Source: Candidatus Thorarchaeota archaeon (GTDB lineage: Archaea > Asgardarchaeota > Thorarchaeia > Thorarchaeales > Thorarchaeaceae). From it: a stretch of DNA of 64,000 bases. Shown here in pieces: positions 60,588-64,000 of this stretch. The notes under the pieces are model-generated. The model had not been told where the DNA came from. It did not search any database and worked only from the letters and a program-made list of their open reading frames with translations. Location of the stretch: assembly GCA_011364985.1 (NCBI GenBank), contig RDOC01000002.1, positions 160,001-224,000 on the forward strand, written 5' to 3'. Position 1 is the first letter of the stretch; each line of letters begins with the position of its first letter. The translations under genes and the position numbers were made by a program.

Positions 60588-61771
60588 TCCAATGCCTCCT
60601 TAATACACTCCTCCACATTGCGGATTTTAATGTCAAATTTGTTCTTTCCCCGTGCATAATAACATGCCTTTGCGGAATCTGTCATCAGGCCTTTGAATCG
60701 TCCTTCCAATGGTGCTACCGCACAACATGCATCACTCACAAGAAAGGCACCTGCCTTCTCTATCTTATCATAATACCCCATCTTGATTGCAACATCTTTG
60801 GTGGGTTTTGCTGTTGTAATCCAGACAGTCTTCCCCTCAGCTACTCTCTGTCCATCAAGCATCTCAGCAACTTTGGCAATATCAGCGATACTTGCGTGGG
60901 GGCATCCAATGCTGATAAAATCAATCTCCGCTCCTTTATCATCAAGCTCTGCACGTGCCTTTTCCAAGTCGTCCTTGCCAATTATTTCAGTCTTCTCAGG
61001 AATACTTGTTCGATTCGGTGTTATCCCCTCCATATGGAAAAGGGCGATTCCGCCATAGGTGGCTATCGACGCACAAAGAGACCTAAGCTGATCTGTTGTA
61101 GCATTCTTTATTTCTCTGATATAGGGAATTTGCTTACCTGTCCGGTCGCCAATCACTTTTCCCAACAGACCAAAATCATCTGTTGTCTGGAGTTCTATTT
61201 CAACATCATATACTACTTGTGCAATTCGATTTTTCTCAAGATGAAAACCATATTCAGCCGTTCTTCCGGTCAGAGATGAGGCCAATGCACTTGGTCCTCC
61301 CTCTCGATTCGTGAGAGCACCAATCACAGAATTTGCGAAACAGACTGCAGATGATTCAGCCCATGCAATATGCTCTCCAAAATGTGGAAGATTCCCAATG
61401 AGATAGGGTGTACATGTACAGGTTGTCACAACTCCCATCTTTTCAAATGCATCTACTACCCTCTGCTGATTTTTCGCAAAGTCTTCACTTATCCCATGTT
61501 TCTTCCACTCAGTCATGTCCATACCGGCGGGATTCAGTGTCGTCAAGACCCGTATCTGGCCATCCTCAGCAATCTCCGAGAGGTACTCAAGTCCGGCTTC
61601 ACCAAGATTGTGGTACGAAACCCCAGCGATTTGCACACTAGATACAGGAATAAGCCGTTCTGCACCGTAAATCTCCCCAAGTGTAGTTATAATTTCCATG
61701 GCCTTTCTTGTGGCCTTTCCATGCCTTCCCTCAAGCATCTCAGTTTCTTCTTTCGTCAGTTCAAGTCCCAT
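60584..61771 (-). CDS. Phosphomevalonate dehydratase large subunit (aconitase X, DUF521)
   Basis: TCTCTPY, AWAESSA, TNREGGP, IGCPH, TDSAK. Confidence 0.9.
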   Translation of the reverse strand: MGLELTKEETEMLEGRHGKATRKAMEIITTLGEIYGAERLIPVSSVQIAGVSYHNLGEAGLEYLSEIAEDGQIRVLTTLNPAGMDMTEWKKHGISEDFAKNQQRVVDAFEKMGVVTTCTCTPYLIGNLPHFGEHIAWAESSAVCFANSVIGALTNREGGPSALASSLTGRTAEYGFHLEKNRIAQVVYDVEIELQTTDDFGLLGKVIGDRTGKQIPYIREIKNATTDQLRSLCASIATYGGIALFHMEGITPNRTSIPEKTEIIGKDDLEKARAELDDKGAEIDFISIGCPHASIADIAKVAEMLDGQRVAEGKTVWITTAKPTKDVAIKMGYYDKIEKAGAFLVSDACCAVAPLEGRFKGLMTDSAKACYYARGKNKFDIKIRNVEECIKEALE

Positions 61772-61772
61772 A

Positions 61773-63080
61773 CTACTCACCCAAGAACTTCTTCAGGTCA
61801 ACTTCTGGAAAGCGAGCCTTGTCAAAGCTCTTTCCTTTCGTTTCAAGTACTTTTGTGCAGTCAAAACCAATTTTCGTGGTCATTTTTGTACCTGGTTCAG
61901 CACTCGGATCCAGAGAACTACCCGGTTCTCTGTTCTTAATTAGTAAGTTCGCATCACCTTGGAATCTAGTAGCCATGGCCCATTCTCGTTCTTGCTCATT
62001 GTAAATGTCGATGTCATCATCATAGACCCAGACATGCTTGGCACTTTTATGACCTGCAAAGGCCCTCTCTATTGCTTTCAAACCATCATCATCATTTGCC
62101 TTTTCAATCTGTATCGCGACATGAAGCCAACTTGCTCCTCCTGGTGTAATGTTCACATCCAAGACATTCACTCCTTGCTCCTGTATGCTTCTGTAAACAG
62201 TAGGCTCCCTTGGCATCCCCATGAGTATTTTGTGCTCCGATCTACCTGGAAGAAGACCCTGCCAGATTGCTGTCTTCCTATGGGTTATCTTCTTCACCTC
62301 GAAAATGGGTTCTTCTCGAATCACATCTACAGTTTCAGTAAGGTCGATGAATGGTCCTTCGTCATGACGCTCATCCAAGAACACACGCCCTTCTAACACA
62401 AACTCGCAATCAGCCGGAATCATAAGATCAACTGTCTTGGCCATTGTGACATTAATTGGTGTCAATGCATTTGCAATTTCAAGTTCGTCCACCCCAGTTT
62501 CCACCGAAGTGGCCGCTGCAATTAGAACTTCGGGCGTATTCCCAATGCAGTAGGCTACGTCCACCTCCCCATTTCGTTTCAGGAACTTATGAAAATCTCT
62601 GCCGCTCACTACTCTGGTAGCCATTCGGTCCTTGGCAATTTGCATTGCACGGTGAAAATCAAGATTCTGTCCATATTCTGGATCAGACGAAACTACTACT
62701 CCTGATGAAATATAGGGGCCACCATCAATCTTGTTGTGCAATAGAATGGGAAGCTTCTCAAGGTCCACTTCACCCTCTACAATTTCCTGACATGATGCTG
62801 CATCTGTTTCTTCTGGCTTGCTCCTTTTCTCTATCGCTCCTGAAAGAGTGGGAATAATATCTCTAATCTCAATTCCGAAATAGGCTGCTATCTGCTCTTT
62901 TGTGCAGAATAGATTCCCTGCAACTCTATAGTCAGATTCTTTCACATTCTCAAAGAATACTGGTGTTGGTTCCAGTGCCTTCAAAACACCTGCAATTTCC
63001 AAGTTCTTCGAAATCGGCTTCTTTACTTGTTCAATCTTATCACTGTTAACGAGCTGCTCTATATACTTCTCTAGAATCAT
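61773..63080 (-). CDS. UbiD-family decarboxylase, probably anhydromevalonate phosphate decarboxylase
   Basis: DGGPYI, EGPFID, SSLDPS; adjacent to mevalonate kinase and AcnX genes. Confidence 0.88.
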   Translation of the reverse strand: MILEKYIEQLVNSDKIEQVKKPISKNLEIAGVLKALEPTPVFFENVKESDYRVAGNLFCTKEQIAAYFGIEIRDIIPTLSGAIEKRSKPEETDAASCQEIVEGEVDLEKLPILLHNKIDGGPYISSGVVVSSDPEYGQNLDFHRAMQIAKDRMATRVVSGRDFHKFLKRNGEVDVAYCIGNTPEVLIAAATSVETGVDELEIANALTPINVTMAKTVDLMIPADCEFVLEGRVFLDERHDEGPFIDLTETVDVIREEPIFEVKKITHRKTAIWQGLLPGRSEHKILMGMPREPTVYRSIQEQGVNVLDVNITPGGASWLHVAIQIEKANDDDGLKAIERAFAGHKSAKHVWVYDDDIDIYNEQEREWAMATRFQGDANLLIKNREPGSSLDPSAEPGTKMTTKIGFDCTKVLETKGKSFDKARFPEVDLKKFLGE

Positions 63081-63089
63081 ATACTCACC

Positions 63090-64000
63090 TCAAAGTCCGA
63101 ATGTAGTATTGTACACTAATGGAGAGCCACCTTTTTCAAGTGCCCCAGCAATTCTTGATTGTGTTTCTTTATCTGGAGCAAGAGCAATCATATTCCCTCC
63201 GCGTCCTGTTCCTGTTAGCTTGGCCCCGATGGCACCATTTTCTCTTGCCATAAGAATCAAATCATCCAATTCCTTACAAGAAACAGTCAGCTCTTGCAGT
63301 AGTTCATGATTTCTATTCATGAGTCTTCCAGCATGCTTGATGTCAAACTTGAGAAGAGCATTTCGTGCATCCTGAACAAGTTTGTCGTACTCCTCTGCTA
63401 TACCCTGAAACCATCTTGGGTCAGCTGCTTTCTTTCTTCTCACATCACTAACAACCTCTGTTGTGCTTGCTGTGATGCCTGTAGATGCAACAGTCAGATG
63501 GACTGAATTCTTCAGCTTGAGCTTTTCAAAAGTTGGTGGGCCTCCATTAAGGTCACGCACGTACCACACCAAGCCACCGAAGGTAGACGCGGTATTATCA
63601 ACGCCAGAAGGCGTACCATGATAGCCCTTTTCGCCTTCAAATCCAATTTGATTAATCCTCTCATCATCATAACCTAGTTCGAATTCCTCATTCAGTGCAC
63701 GTGCCAAAGAAACACAGCTTGCAGCACTTGCTCCAAAGCCAGAGGCACAGACCAAGTCTCCTTCCAATTTGATATGAATACCTTCTTCAGAAACGTCAAG
63801 CCCAGCGGCTTGAATCACCAACTCAACTGACTTCTTTTGTTCTTTCATCTTCTTGGCTTTATAACCAAGAACTTCGGGTCTTCTATCATCCAAGGTCCAG
63901 CCTGCCTTATTGCTACGATTCACGACAGCCATTGTCCTAGAGGCTATTCCGGCTGCCAGAGCTGGCAGCCCATAAACTACGAAATGTTCTCCATAGAGAA
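63090..64000 (-). CDS. mvk: Mevalonate kinase, 5'-truncated by window edge
   Basis: LYGEHFVVYG at the edge, SGFGASAA, HGTPSGVD, AKLTGTGRGG. Confidence 0.93.
   Translation of the reverse strand, partial: LYGEHFVVYGLPALAAGIASRTMAVVNRSNKAGWTLDDRRPEVLGYKAKKMKEQKKSVELVIQAAGLDVSEEGIHIKLEGDLVCASGFGASAASCVSLARALNEEFELGYDDERINQIGFEGEKGYHGTPSGVDNTASTFGGLVWYVRDLNGGPPTFEKLKLKNSVHLTVASTGITASTTEVVSDVRRKKAADPRWFQGIAEEYDKLVQDARNALLKFDIKHAGRLMNRNHELLQELTVSCKELDDLILMARENGAIGAKLTGTGRGGNMIALAPDKETQSRIAGALEKGGSPLVYNTTFGL

Overview
Archaeal chromosomal window, most likely from an Asgard archaeon (Thorarchaeota-like; inferred from gene content and an Arf-like GTPase). Core blocks: rpoB-rpoA1-rpoA2-L30e-nusA-S12-S7, EF-1alpha, SRP RNA, aIF5B, NDK, L24e/S28e/L7Ae, G1P dehydrogenase, rpoD-L18e-L13-S9-rpoN-S2 and an archaeal mevalonate pathway cluster. 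The first ~29 kb is largely accessory and contains several pseudogenes. Main result: a family of ~30-nt bulge-helix-bulge (BHB) micro-introns. They interrupt tRNA-Tyr (probably four introns around a 3-nt micro-exon), tRNA-Asp and tRNA-Ser. One also interrupts the EF-1alpha coding sequence (42262-42291); its removal deletes an in-frame TGA and restores [20 protein letters not shown]. Second system: a TnpB with a Fanzor-type rearranged RuvC site, divergently paired with a PD-(D/E)XK protein. Its 3' RNA scaffold occurs three times, and the putative guide of the intact copy is antisense to the 5' end of the neighbouring tRNA-Asp. Also found: three unannotated small peptides and a K-turn over the L7Ae ribosome-binding site. 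All structures and alignments were read by eye; no searches or folding programs were run.
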